NCBI GenBank assembly: GCA_021613535.1
Contig: CP075495.1
Location: 4,402,001 to 4,466,000, forward strand
Direction: 5' to 3'
DNA length: 64,000 nt
Origin: Adineta vaga
Taxonomy: Eukaryota > Animalia > Rotifera
The first letter of the stretch is position 1. Every line of letters begins with the position of its first letter. The position numbers and the translations under genes were made by a program. Below are positions 25,536 through 38,592 of the stretch, one piece after another. Below the pieces are notes generated by a model. It was not told where the DNA came from, ran no database searches, and worked only from the letters and a program-made list of their open reading frames with translations.

Positions 25536-27144
25536 CTATCGATGATAATATAGATAAGCAAATGTATCTTCATGAAGATTTAATTTTTCAATAGTTGTAC
25601 GTTTATAAGATGGAAGAATCGTTTTAATCATTAATCGACATTTTTCTTTTAATAGAAATGGATTTCGTGCACGCCATGATAGATACATATCAATAGGTTG
25701 CATTCGTTGTACATGTTCACATTCAAGTAATTTTAAAATAACTGAATTATTTGTTAAAATAAGATGACCCATTAAAATAAGATTTTCATAAAAACGAACA
25801 ATATACTCATAGATTTGATTGACACCTTCGCCTATAGAATAAGAAAACAAAACTTCGTTTTGATAGTTCTCTTTTTGAAAAACATACCCGCATTTTCTAC
25901 ACTATCATAAATGGCACGAAAATAGGAATCTAATAAATCTAAATAATTCGTAAAATCAATCATTTCATGATATTTAAGTATTGTAAACAATAATGATGTA
26001 CGTAAATAAAGAATTTGTATTCGATCATCATTTATTGTAATGAATTGTGCTTGTAGAATATATAAAAAACGTTTAAGTAAATCACCAATATCGTACATTC
26101 TTAATTTGGCTGATGGTATTGCTTCTAATATTGTTTCTAAAACATCGAATGCTTTATCCGATTGAATCTTATTTTTTAACATTAAATTATTTAGAACAGT
26201 AAACATAAAATCACTATTGAGTTCTTCCCAAATATTTGGTACAAAGATACGTAATGCATCAACTTGATCATTGATAAGACATTGTCGAAGTATATCACCT
26301 TTTTTCTGTGATAATAATGTTTCATGATCATTCGTATGAACTTTCGTTTGTTTTAATTTATCTATGAATACTTCGAATATACGTGCACGATTCAATCGAA
26401 TAGAATCTTGTAATGGAGATTTTTCAAATTCATTATTTTCATTTAATATTTCACTACCATGCTCAACAAATTCAATAGCAATATCTTCAAAACCATATTT
26501 GACTGCCAATGAAAGTGGACTATCGCCATAGGTTAGATTCGCTCGTGATAGACGATGATTTCCACGTGTAGCTAATAGATTCAATTCACGTTTGACATGT
26601 ACATCAGCACCATGTGTTAATAAATAACGAACAACTTCACTGTGACCTTTGTGACTAAAAAGGTTGAACAAAACAAAAACGAATGTATATTTACATAATA
26701 TCAATCGTTAGAAGATGAATATCCAAAAAAAAACAATTGGAAGACTTACCTAGCAATACACAATGGATAATCATTATTAAATGGTTCATTAATATTGACA
26801 CGTTTTTCATCGATACATCGTTTAACAAGATCTATATGATTATATTTGCATGCATTATAGAATAATTCCAAGATATTTTCAGTGGAATTTATTGCATCAT
26901 CTATAGTTAAACCGAAGAAAAAAGCTTGTTCAAAAGTTGATACTCGTGGTTGAGATGATGTAGTCGTTTCATCCGTAGACGTCTCGAGAGGTGTCGATTC
27001 AATAGTAGATGTTGATAATGACATTATATCACCATTTCGAACATTACTGTTTTGCTTTGACGATGATGATGTTACTTTTTTTTCTCTCAATCTGACTTCG
27101 GCAGTACCGTTACTTGTCGTTGCTGTTGTGGTTTGAGTTGCCAT
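25536..27144 (-). CDS. Ankyrin repeat and SOCS box protein (ASB-like CRL5 adaptor)
   Basis: Three exons; YPLCIA...GHSEVVRYLLTHGADV, SPLSLAVKYG and SPLQDSIR ankyrin repeats; terminal SOCS box PFLLKEKCRLMIKTIL...IEKLNLHEDTFAYL. Confidence 0.8.
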
Positions 27145-28841
27145 TAAGTGATCGTTTTGAGAGAATAGAATAAATACGAAGAAAATAATGTTATTATTAT
27201 TATTGTTATTATTCTATTCAGGTTCAGGTATCCAATACGGTTGGTAGTTGACGTCAAGTAATCGACGAAGAAAGTAGAGACGAACGAATCAGACAGGATG
27301 GTAGTCAAAAGAAACAACACCTATCAACCGTCTATAAGAAACAAAAAACGTAAAGAAAAAAAAGAAGAAAAAGGAGAAAAAAGCGAGAAAAGAAAATGCA
27401 ATGAGTAATGTGCCACAGTGTGGGATTAGAGACCGCATACCACAACGCAACAGAGAGCGAAAAGAACATGAGAATGGTAATTGAATGTCTTTGATAATAG
27501 CAAAGAGAAAGACATCGTTTTCTCTCCTTCTCTCCTTTTTACTCTTTGTCCAGACGTCGCATACATGTACAATCGAAACAGCTGTGCTTAAGAGAAGGAG
27601 AGAGAGAGAGAGAGAGAGAAGAGAAGAGGAAAAAAACTTCAATATAAGACAAAGAAAGCAAGTGGAGATTTGTGTATACATGTAAACGTACGAAGAATAT
27701 TTGCTCAAATAGACTGCTCGTTTTACTTACTCTAAAAGCAAAAAAAAAGAAAATAAAAGATCATATATAATTTTATCAAACGTGATAGTTTTTCGAAGAA
27801 AAAACGAATTTTAAAATGACAAAGACAAAAGTTCTTTCTACTTACACATCATTATCATGATCAATATCGAAGAAAAATCTGTCAATTATTTTAATTTTAT
27901 GACCTTGATATGGCATCTTTTACTCACGCGCGTATTCTCTATGAAGAATAATACGTATGGATAGATGAAACTCAACTAAAAGACATTTCTAGTGCTTTTT
28001 TTAAAACGGCAAGTGCAGTCAAATAAATATAGAATGAAATAAATGAACTTCAGTTGTGCACATACTTATATCTAACTGTCGTAGACAAATGGTTTTGATA
28101 AACAAAATATGAGTAAAGACATGTATATACTTCGAAGAATATAATCGAATAAACAGACATGACCCTCCCTATTCTGTTTTTTTTCGCTCCCATTATACAT
28201 ATATATATATATATATACATATATATAAATGCCATCATGCAATCACAATAACAACCTCTGACTCGTTTTTGCTGCTAGCTATTATCAATCATAGAATATG
28301 GAATAGATATAGTTTAATATAGAATAACGATGTCAATAGAAATACATATTTTATTTTTCATATTGTCAATCTATCTTATCGAAATATTATTTAGCATATT
28401 TATACTTCCAAATGAACAAGCCAATTGTTGTTGTTAATATATTATTCATACTATTCGGTTTCTTTCATCTCTTTAATAGTTCGATATTCTCCATTCAATC
28501 TATCAAATGAATGGAAATCGAATGTAATAAAGAATAAATGTACATTTATATATTTCTCCAACTGTATCCATTAGAAATGATCGATACTATCTCAAATTGT
28601 TCGTCTCTTTGATAGCAAAACACATCCGTGGATGAAAATTCGCATACGTATGTCAAAATATAGATTATTTCTATTATTGTCATCATCGTTAAAAAAAACA
28701 AATGAACATATAATTTCTAGATGAAAAGATAAAGTGTACTAGGACTAGAAAATTTTGATTATAATCGGAAGAAAACGAACGAGAAAGGGAAAAAAAATAA
28801 ATTTCAAGGTTCACTACAAAAAAAATTGAAAGAAAAATAAT

Positions 28842-31800
28842 CTATTGTGTTTGATCGACTTCATCAACACCAGCTTCGGTTAAATCACTAACATAAACAG
28901 TTTCATGTTTAGCTAAGATACGAAGTAATGGTCGAAGTTTTAACCACCATTGTTCTAAAGGCATTCTATGTCTAAAAAGTAAATATTTGAATAAAATTAA
29001 TACAAATGAATTTCTTCATAGTACGAACTCAGTATCAGTTTTGCTTTTCAAATATTCTACGGGTGTAAATTCATTTTGTCGTTTAATTAAACCAAGAACA
29101 ACTGCACTTTCTGGAGTATTACAAATGACTTTTCCATCTTCAGTCGCCGATTTTTCTATAAGTGATACAGCATATGTCACTGCTTTACAACCTAATTTAG
29201 TGGCAAATGCGCGATCAAATGGTGAAGGTAAACCACCCTAAACATCGAAAAAATACTTCTTTATTTTCTTTTAAATATTAAACTTCATTTTTCTTACTTG
29301 TTGCATATGACCGAGAACATTTGATCGTGCACTAAATACACCTTTACCCTCTTCTTGTAATAATTTTGTAATAAATTCTGTTGTATAATGTTCATTAGCT
29401 CGTTCATTTCGAAGTAAAAGACCACGTTTTAAATGTCCTTCCATTTTCTTACGTAAATGATCAACATCATCAATTAGATCTTTTACTGTAAATGGTTCTT
29501 CATAAATATATGCTTGATCAGCTCCACTAGCTAATGCAGCCATTGTTGCTAAATAACCACAATAACCACCCATTGTTTCAATGACAAAGATTCGTCGTTT
29601 CGAACCTTGAGCAGATTGCTTAATTTTGTCACAAATCTTAATTAAACACAAGAAAATTCTTCTTCTCTAGATCAGATTCAATACAAACTTTAACGATTTC
29701 ATTCAATGCTGTATCGGCACCGATAGAAAATTCTGTACCGGGAACATTATTTGCGATTGTAGCAGGAATACATATGAGTGGAATTTGAAAAGCTGAATAT
29801 TGATTTCGTGCTTCATACATTTGAAGAATTGATGCATATGCCTAGAAGAAATTTATTTCAAATTGCATAGTCTTTCTTTTTCTTCTTTACTTCATATCCA
29901 CCAACAACCAATAGAGCATGAAAATTATGTTCACGAATTTTATCAGCTAATTTACTTAAACCAACTTTTGCTGCTACAGTTCTAAAACAAATTTTCAAAG
30001 GCGAAAGTTTTTTTTTATTCATTTATAAGATTCATGTTTTATCAAGTTACTTTTGACAACCAAGAAGTGATCCACCAACACTACTCCAACCATTGACAGC
30101 CGTCCAATTTAAATTTTTCACCTCAAATAAGAAATTATTTATGTTTTTCAAATAAAAACAAAATCGTTGTTTTCCATTTACTCACTTGATTATTAATCAA
30201 ACCTTCAAAACCATCAAATACTGCAAACATATTATGTCCTTCACATAAACCATAACGAATAATTGATCGAACAGCAGCATTAACACCACAAGCGGGTGAA
30301 CCAACATGAACGACAGCCAAGTTAAATGAATGCTAAAGAAATACACTGTTTATATAAGTTTTATATGTATAAATCAGCTTACTTGTTTAGGAGAGAATAA
30401 TTTAGGTCGTAATTTACTTAGACGAATATATATTTCAAGATTTCCTTTAAAACTTCGTCCACGTAAATCTTGTGCTTCTTTAAATTTTTTTGCATTCATT
30501 GCTTGTGCAACTGCTAACGTTTTTTCTACACATTGCATTAATGGAACACGAACAGTTTGATTACCACTAAGAGCAATAACAACAGGTTGAGATGTTGCTG
30601 TTGCTTCCATCAATGCAAGAACGGCTTCTGTACCCATTCGAGTACCCTAAATATAAAAAGAAACGTAATACAGAAGAAAAAAGATCTATTAGAAAACATA
30701 CAAGAAGACGATCAAAAGCTGATGGACAGCCACCACGTTGTACATGACCAAGAATAGTTACACGTGTATCATATTTCAATCGTGTGGAAATAAGCTAAAA
30801 GATTCGAAAGAGATAGAAGGTGATTTCGAAAAGATTTTTATCGTAATTTACCTCTCGAACACCGTCACTCGTTATTGCTCGACCTTCTGAATCAATGGCA
30901 CCTTCAGCAAGAACAACTATATTTAAACGTTGACCCATTTCACGTGTCTATAAGAGAGAGAGACAGAGACAGAGACAGAGAATGATTTCTATGTAAATAT
31001 AATACAAATAGATCACCTACATTTTTAAGTTTAGTACATAATTGATCTTCCCATCCCGGTCCAGGTGGTGATTCAGGAATAAATACCCAATCAGCATCAG
31101 ATCCTAATGCAGTAACTAATGCTAAATAACCACAATGACGACCCATAACTTCCATAACGAAACATCGTTGATGACTACAACATTAAAATTCTTATTCGAA
31201 AAAGAAACCCTATCAATGTATGTACCTTGAAGCTGTTGTTGTAATACAATCAATGGCTTCCATTACACGATGTAATGCTGAATCTGCTCCAATTGTCATA
31301 TCTGTTCCACAGAAATCATTGTCAATCGACCCAACTAGACCCACAATGTTCAAATACTTGTATTTATCAGCATTTTCTTGCGTTACTTGTTCTATGAAAA
31401 TTTACAATCAAAATCAACTTAATAAGATTAGATTATTCTTACTCGTATCAACAAGTTCTTTCAAAAGACTATCCCATTCTTTGCGAAATAGATTTGCTCC
31501 AGTTAATGAACCATCACCACCAATACAAACAATATTATTAATTCCATGATCAATAAGATTTTTTGCCGCACGTAAACGACCAGATCTTTCACGAAAATCT
31601 TTACAACGTGCACTACCAATAATTGTTCCACCCTATGAAATAACAAATAGAAATGAATACACACAACATATCAAATGAAATTTTACATCATCAAGAATTC
31701 CTGATACAGATGACCAAGTTGCTTGACGAATACTATTTCCACCATCAACTAAACCTTGATAACCCTAAAACAAAAACATATGAATATTGACGTCATTCTA

Positions 31801-32933
31801 TCAAATTAAGATGAATTGATCAACCTCATGTATAAAATAAACTTTACAACCAAGATAAATTCCCATACGAACAATAGCTCGAACAGCTGGATTCATTCCT
31901 AAAACAAATATTTCAGATTTACATAAAATATGCTGAAAATATAATATATCACAACAGACACCAAGGGAAAACAAAACTAATACATTTGATTATACACTAT
32001 GCACATCTTCATCATTGCTAATTTAATGATTATTTCTTAACCAAATTGTTATACATTCATGAATAATATATTAGTTAACGAGACATTTCTATTAAGTTAG
32101 ATATTAAACAAGGAATACAACATGCAAAGCAAGATAGACAGAGGATGAATCATTATACGACAAACTACCTTGAGCATCACCACCACTTGTAAATACACCC
32201 ATCGCTCGATCTGTATATTGATCTTTAGCTAGAACATGAAGATTTTTTTCAAAACCTTCCGTCCAACAAATTGAACCACGAAATTTATTAAATGGAGAAT
32301 TAATTGGTGGTGGTGATGTAATATCAGCATTAATACCATTTAAATCTGTTCGAAGTGCACCGATAGTATCATTCTATGAATAATAAAACAAAACAATCGT
32401 AAATACAATGAAAATCATTCTGCACCTGAATTTCTTTCATTTTATTTTTCTATCCAATGGATCAAATCTTACTACTATTAAGATCTCTTTTGTTTTTACT
32501 AGGAAATAATTATATTATCATTCGTGTCAATCTTCATAATCTATATTTTCTCATATATTCAGATAATGACGTATTGTCTATCGAATGAATAATAATGGGT
32601 GTATTTTTTATGTAAATATTCAGTTCGAACGAAAAGTGCAAATTGGATTCTTTTCTCTCAACACGCGATAGAAATTACTCATTTTTGTAATAAAACAAAT
32701 ACATATTTACAAAATACGCAAACATTCAATTTTGGTACATCGAACTTACATCATGTATCAATTGATCGTTAGACTATAAAATAAAAATTGAATATTGTGA
32801 AAAAGAAATTTTTCTTTTGGAATTTTTTTAGAAAAAAAGGAGCTGAATTATCTTGATTATTTACTTCTTCAGTATCTTCAACTGGTTTACCAGACGGTGG
32901 ACGTTCTTCAACTTCATTTCCTATTTGTGCCAT
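28842..32933 (-). CDS. PFK: ATP-dependent 6-phosphofructokinase (eukaryotic tandem type)
   Basis: [98 protein letters not shown]; stop at 28842. Confidence 0.97.
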
Positions 32934-34430
32934 AAATATCTTCGAATGAATGCAATCTGAAATAAACAAAACAGATGTCGTGTATACAATAGATATAACT
33001 TCTGTGATGCTACACTAATGTATAATAAGTATCTACAATAAGTATTCACTGCGAACTCTTGAAAAACAAATATATATATATATAAATCCAAAAAAGAAAA
33101 ATATTGATTTAGAATATTCGATGTGTAAATTATAATCAGAGGATTTGTATTTATTCTAACATATAAAAATAACTTACACTTTGTACTATGAAATCAAATG
33201 TACTTCAAAAAGATTCAAAATAAAGCTTCCAAAGACTAGCGACACATATGAATAGAAAAAAAGAATTATTTTCCCCTTAACATTTTTTTTCTCGCCATAT
33301 CTCTAATTGAGATACTTGAAAATCTTTTAGAAAATTAACGTGTATTTATAGATGATATTTGATAATTAATATGAAGAAAATATTCTCATCTAAATAAGCA
33401 TTTATAGTGAACGCGTAAATATGAATTTAGTATGGCAGAAAACTCAAACGCGATTGGGTACTTTTTAGGTCACACACTCGTTCTTTCTCCTAACTTGCGT
33501 TCTAATAGAAGATTTTTTCGTCTACAATCATTTTTCCCCGATATATGGCGGCTTGCTAGAGGAGAAGTTATTTTTCCTGTTCTGTTCGATGTAAAGACAT
33601 ACGAGAGTATCAAAGTCTCAGTTGCTTTTTGCGTGATAAATGCAACTCTTATTTGTTTTCTTTTTCTTTTCTCTCTAATAATAATAACTATTTATAGGTG
33701 ATAATTAATCCAAAAATGACCTGTTCGCATGTTAACAGTACGATCAATTTCATACATGTACTATAAGTATACAATGTCAAAAACAGTCTGTTTTCATTCG
33801 TTTGCAAGTTTTATTTCTTTCCGGTAAGGAAGTATGCCCTTCTATAATAGATTGGAAATTTTAAATTATATTAGGAAGAAAAAAAACGAAGTTTTTTAAA
33901 AAAAAATGTATGCTGTTCGTTTGTGTTATGATGAATGTTAAAATAAACGATAATGAAAGGAGAAGAGTAATCTCTAGACAACATAGATTGCATGATGAGA
34001 CTCTTTTGTATAGCAAATAGAATGATTTTGATTATAATAAGATGTTATTGATATATGTATGATAGAAGTAAATATTCAATCTGGAATTGCAAGGAATGAT
34101 AACCAATAAAATTGTTTCTTTCTAAGAAAATAATGAGAGTGTGTTTGATTAGAGTAAATGATCTAACAACTGAATTGATCATTGTTATCCATATTGATCT
34201 ATGAGTTTAATACTTGCTCGAAAATCTTTATTATCACATTGATATTTATTGTCTTATAGAGAGAATTGAAAAAATCTTTTTTAGTACAAAATATGTATAT
34301 TTCTTAATCATAAAGATCACATTTACTTTCAAAAAATCTTGAATTAGTTAGATAGTTTTCTTTGTTTACCTATACATTATCAACAAATCATACAGAACAA
34401 ATCTCGAACAAACACATGAATAAAGTATAT

Positions 34431-34733
34431 TTATCGTTCACGTATTCGTTTTTCTGCCACTATTGTTGAAATATCACGTACACTAATTCCAAATGTTTCA
34501 ACAGCTTGACGAAACATAGTTATACTTTGTTCATCCCAGCCAACAAATTGTTGATCTTTTTCATTATTTGATACGACATTTTGATAGCTAGTATCTAAAT
34601 CACGTAATAATATACTGAATTTAGAAAAAACTTCTCCAACAGTTGTACATAAATCAATAATAATATCTTTGGGTGATGATTGATTCGATGTTGTAGTCGA
34701 TGATATTGATACTGCTGTTGTTGTTGTTGGCAT
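34431..34733 (-). CDS. BAP18/C17orf49-like small SANT-domain chromatin protein
   Basis: VGEVFSKFSILLRDL and WDEQSITMFRQAVETFGISVRDISTIVAEK parallel the BAP18 N-terminal helix and SANT helix pattern; about 100 aa. Confidence 0.65.
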   Translation of the reverse strand: MPTTTTAVSISSTTTSNQSSPKDIIIDLCTTVGEVFSKFSILLRDLDTSYQNVVSNNEKDQQFVGWDEQSITMFRQAVETFGISVRDISTIVAEKRIRER

Positions 34734-35043
34734 TCTTCTCAATACGCTTTCAATTGATAATGATAACTAAACTAAACAACATTCAATCTTCAACTTTTGA
34801 AACTAACCAATAGAAGATGTGGAATAAACCTCTATAAAATAGATGGCAGAAACAATTTTTCCGATGATGTTTTTCTCTTTCTTTTCTTCTTTCAATCAAT
34901 AGCAAAAAAAGAGAATGGAGCACTATTACGAACTTTTATTTTATAACAAAGTTGTTTAGAATAATTCTACCGTCTTCTTTTTTTTTTGAAATACAATTTT
35001 AGATTTTTATTCTATTCAAATCAAAAAGAAAGAGTCAAATAAA

Positions 35044-35647
35044 ATGGATATTCCTTATGAAAAAATGGCAGCATTCGAAAGTAAGTTTAAATTAGCAAAT
35101 GAAGAAAAAAACAAGTCTAAGTATATGTATTTTCTTTATTTAGATTCATCGGTATCAGATATTCCGAGTGATGGAGCAATGCGTGCTCAAATAGCACCAC
35201 CACGTGTACGACATTATTTCGTATTTTCACTTTTTTCGGCTCTTTGCTTATGTCCAGCAACAGGTAAATGTATCAAAATTTTGCTTACATCACTTTCTAA
35301 TTATTTATTTTGGCTTGTCAAGGTCTTATTGCTCTGGCTTATTCGTTAAAGAGTTCAGCTAAAGCTGATGTGAAATTTCATGATAAAGCTCGACTTTATT
35401 CTCGTCGTGCATTAATCTGGAATTTACTTTCGGTTATTTTTGCCGTCTTAACAATCGCCATGGTATTAAACTTGTTTTCCTTTTTTTTAATTTAATATTG
35501 TTTTAGGTTTTAATTTTCTGCTATTATTTCAATGAAATGGTGAAAATCTATAGTGATCAAATGGATGATATTTTCCGTCAACAACGTTCAAATGAAATGA
35601 ATAGTGAAATCAATCGAATGATACAATCATTAAACAATGAAAACTAA
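35044..35647 (+). CDS. CD225/dispanin (IFITM/PRRT-like) membrane protein
   Basis: Four exons: PPRVRHYFVFSLFSALCLCPATGLIALAYS...ARLYSRRALIWNLLSVIF, the CD225 signature. Confidence 0.85.
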
Positions 35648-36894
35648 AAGTATCAATAAATCAAATAAATGCGTTCAAATATATATATATATATAATCTT
35701 TAATGTTGTGTATTCCTCAATTTGGTTAGATTTTACTGAAGAGAATCATGTGTAAGATAAAAACAAAAGGGAAGACTGATGATTTGAGATTGTAGTTCCT
35801 TTTCTCTGTTTATTGTTGTTCGTTTGTCTATGCGGAGATTAAAAAAATAATCTCATTTTTTTTGGTTTTTTTTGTAACTCTCTTGCTTCAAATAAACCTG
35901 AAATATTGTCATTGTACAAAGAAAGAAACAAATTCAATTTCCAACTGAACTTTAATAAGTTCCGTCTATTAAAAGAACATTTCCAACAAAGGCTCAAAGT
36001 AACACGATTCGAATCGTCAAGAATTGATCTACTCGTCGGCTAAATCTTTTCTGTGTATTTATCTTCGATTTCGTTTATGTGCATAAAAGTACTAGACAAA
36101 AGGTCAATTTTAACAGAAGAAAAATAATAAATTTAGTTCTCCCATATAAATGTAAATTTTATCAGCAAGAAAGAAGATTCACATGACAAATACACATGAT
36201 GTATGAACGACAAAGATAAGATTATTAAAATTATGAATGCCTAAGTACGTGTATTCTCATCACTTCATTTGAACTCCAACACTCTCAAAATAGTTCGACC
36301 TTTTCACCAAGAACTTCATCACGAACGTCAAAAAAATACATTCTTTTTACTTTTTGACTAGATCAAAACGATGTAAAATGATGCTATCTCTGTATTGCGA
36401 TCCAATCTAGCACTTCATTCATAAGATCATATTCAAATCAGGAAAATGAATATCATCATCTAGTTACATTTCCTAGTCGTTCAACTAGAACTTCTTGAAT
36501 TTCAATGAATATATTTTTTATTCCCATTGCAATCTTTTCGTGAGACCTTAAATGGATATACATCTTTTAAAAATTCACTTTGCAGTTCTTTGTATTATTA
36601 ATGACAAAAATAGTACAAGTCGTTTTCAATATTCTGGTGTGTATGCTACACAGTACGAAAGAAAATAAAAAAGTACCGTCATTGTATATAAAAACGTTGT
36701 TGTTATTGCTTTCATCATCGTTATTTTTACTTTCCTTCATTTTTAACTGACGTTCTATCATTATAGAGAAAAAGAAAATAAAATTATGGTAGAAAAAAAA
36801 CATTGATTTGTTGTTCTTTGTATCTGCATACAAGGACTGGATTTGAGTATATTTTAATTTTTTTTCTTCTTAGTTTCACTTCTATTTCAATACG

Positions 36895-38430
36895 ATGATC
36901 ATTCAATTTGTACTATGCTTATCAATAATCATTATTCTCATAGTTGCTATTATATATTTCAAATTGATTCGTCCACAAAAACAGATATATGATGCTTTCC
37001 GTGCACAAGGTATCGAAGGAGAACCATTTGTACCACTACTTGGTCAGATTCTGGAGATAAGTAAACAACGTGATAATGGTACATCGGTAATTTATTTTCA
37101 AGAATTGGCTAAAAAACATGGGCATACTTTTCTATTTGGTTTTGGTCCGTTGACAAGATTGGTGTGCAATGATCCTGATCTACTTGCTGATGTACTCAGT
37201 CGAACAAATGAAGTAAACTATGAAAAAACCATCGATTTTAAATTAATCTTTGAAGCGTTGGTTGGTCCTCATAGTTTATTAACAGCAGACGGTACTGAAC
37301 ATGAACGTGCACGTCGAATGATTAATCCTACTTTCCATCATGTCAATTTGAAATCCATGGTTTCGATTTTTACCAATCAAACAGCCAAAGCTATTGCATC
37401 GTTGACTTCTGAAAAACATCAAGAATCAAAATCTGTTGATTTACAAGTTGCATTCAATGAATTAACATTATCTATTATTGTATCCAGTGCATTTGGTGCA
37501 GATTTTGAAACAAACAAACATGCGAAAGATATTTTTTGTCGAATACTATCAGAAATACTTGAAGCTATTGAATATCGCTCGATGCGAATGATAAATCAAA
37601 TATCTTTCCTTGCACGATTACCATTTTGGCGTAAAAATATTCTTCACTCTGGTGTTCGAACAATGAATGAATATATTGATCAAATTATTCTTGATCGTCG
37701 ACAAGGTCGTTCAAATAGTATGTGTTATGGTGCGGATCTATTAGATTTATTACTTTCAGCTGTAGATGATGAAGGCCAAACATTTACTGATCAAGAAATC
37801 AAAGGACATGCTCTTACCTTTGTACTTGCAGGTAGTGAAACGACAGCAACCTTGATGGTATGGATTTTGTCCATTTTGATGACTCACGAAGATGTCTTAC
37901 AAGCTTGTCGTGAAGAAGTTGATAGAATTTTACCAAATGGTATTGATCCTACGGATGAAAATCTACCACAATTGATGATATGCGAAGCAGTAATCAATGA
38001 AACACTGCGTTTCTATCCACCAGCACCATTTTTTACACGTCATTGTGTACATGATCATATAATTGGCTCGGAACGTCCATTGACGATTCCAAAAGGTTCG
38101 GATATTGTTGTGAATACAACTACTATTCATCGTCGTAGCGACTTTTGGCCTCGACCAAATGAGTTCGATTATACTCGATGGATGCGTGATCCAAAAACTG
38201 GTCTGAAGCCAAAACTAGCACATCCATTTGCATATCTTCCATTTGCTGCTGGTCCACGAAATTGTATTGGACAAAATTTTGCTCTAATTGAAGGAAAAAT
38301 TATGTTAGCTATGTTAATTCAACGATGCAATTTCAAAATGACACCAGGACAAAATATTGTACCGGATATAAAAATAACAATGCGAGCAAAATATGGACTA
38401 TGGGCTGAAATTAGTAAGCGTGAAATATAA
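36895..38430 (+). CDS. Cytochrome P450, intronless, CYP72-clan-like features
   Basis: 511 aa; N-terminal TM segment, I-helix AGSETT, ETLR (ExxR), heme motif FAAGPRNCIG. Confidence 0.96.
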   Translation: MIIQFVLCLSIIIILIVAIIYFKLIRPQKQIYDAFRAQGIEGEPFVPLLGQILEISKQRDNGTSVIYFQELAKKHGHTFLFGFGPLTRLVCNDPDLLADVLSRTNEVNYEKTIDFKLIFEALVGPHSLLTADGTEHERARRMINPTFHHVNLKSMVSIFTNQTAKAIASLTSEKHQESKSVDLQVAFNELTLSIIVSSAFGADFETNKHAKDIFCRILSEILEAIEYRSMRMINQISFLARLPFWRKNILHSGVRTMNEYIDQIILDRRQGRSNSMCYGADLLDLLLSAVDDEGQTFTDQEIKGHALTFVLAGSETTATLMVWILSILMTHEDVLQACREEVDRILPNGIDPTDENLPQLMICEAVINETLRFYPPAPFFTRHCVHDHIIGSERPLTIPKGSDIVVNTTTIHRRSDFWPRPNEFDYTRWMRDPKTGLKPKLAHPFAYLPFAAGPRNCIGQNFALIEGKIMLAMLIQRCNFKMTPGQNIVPDIKITMRAKYGLWAEISKREI

Positions 38431-38592
38431 ATATTTGAAATTAATCTCTCCTTTTTTACAAAAATAAAGATTACACTATATTTTGTTCTTTCTAAAAATA
38501 TGAATATAAAATTCGCTGTGGAATTGTATGATATGAAGATAATTATGTATTGATTGGCGCCGAGAAATCTCCGACATAACATACATATATAA

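Noticed and set aside
27289-28238. Short ORFs between the ASB-like gene and PFK
   Set aside because: Translations of (GA)n, (TA)n and A-tracts.
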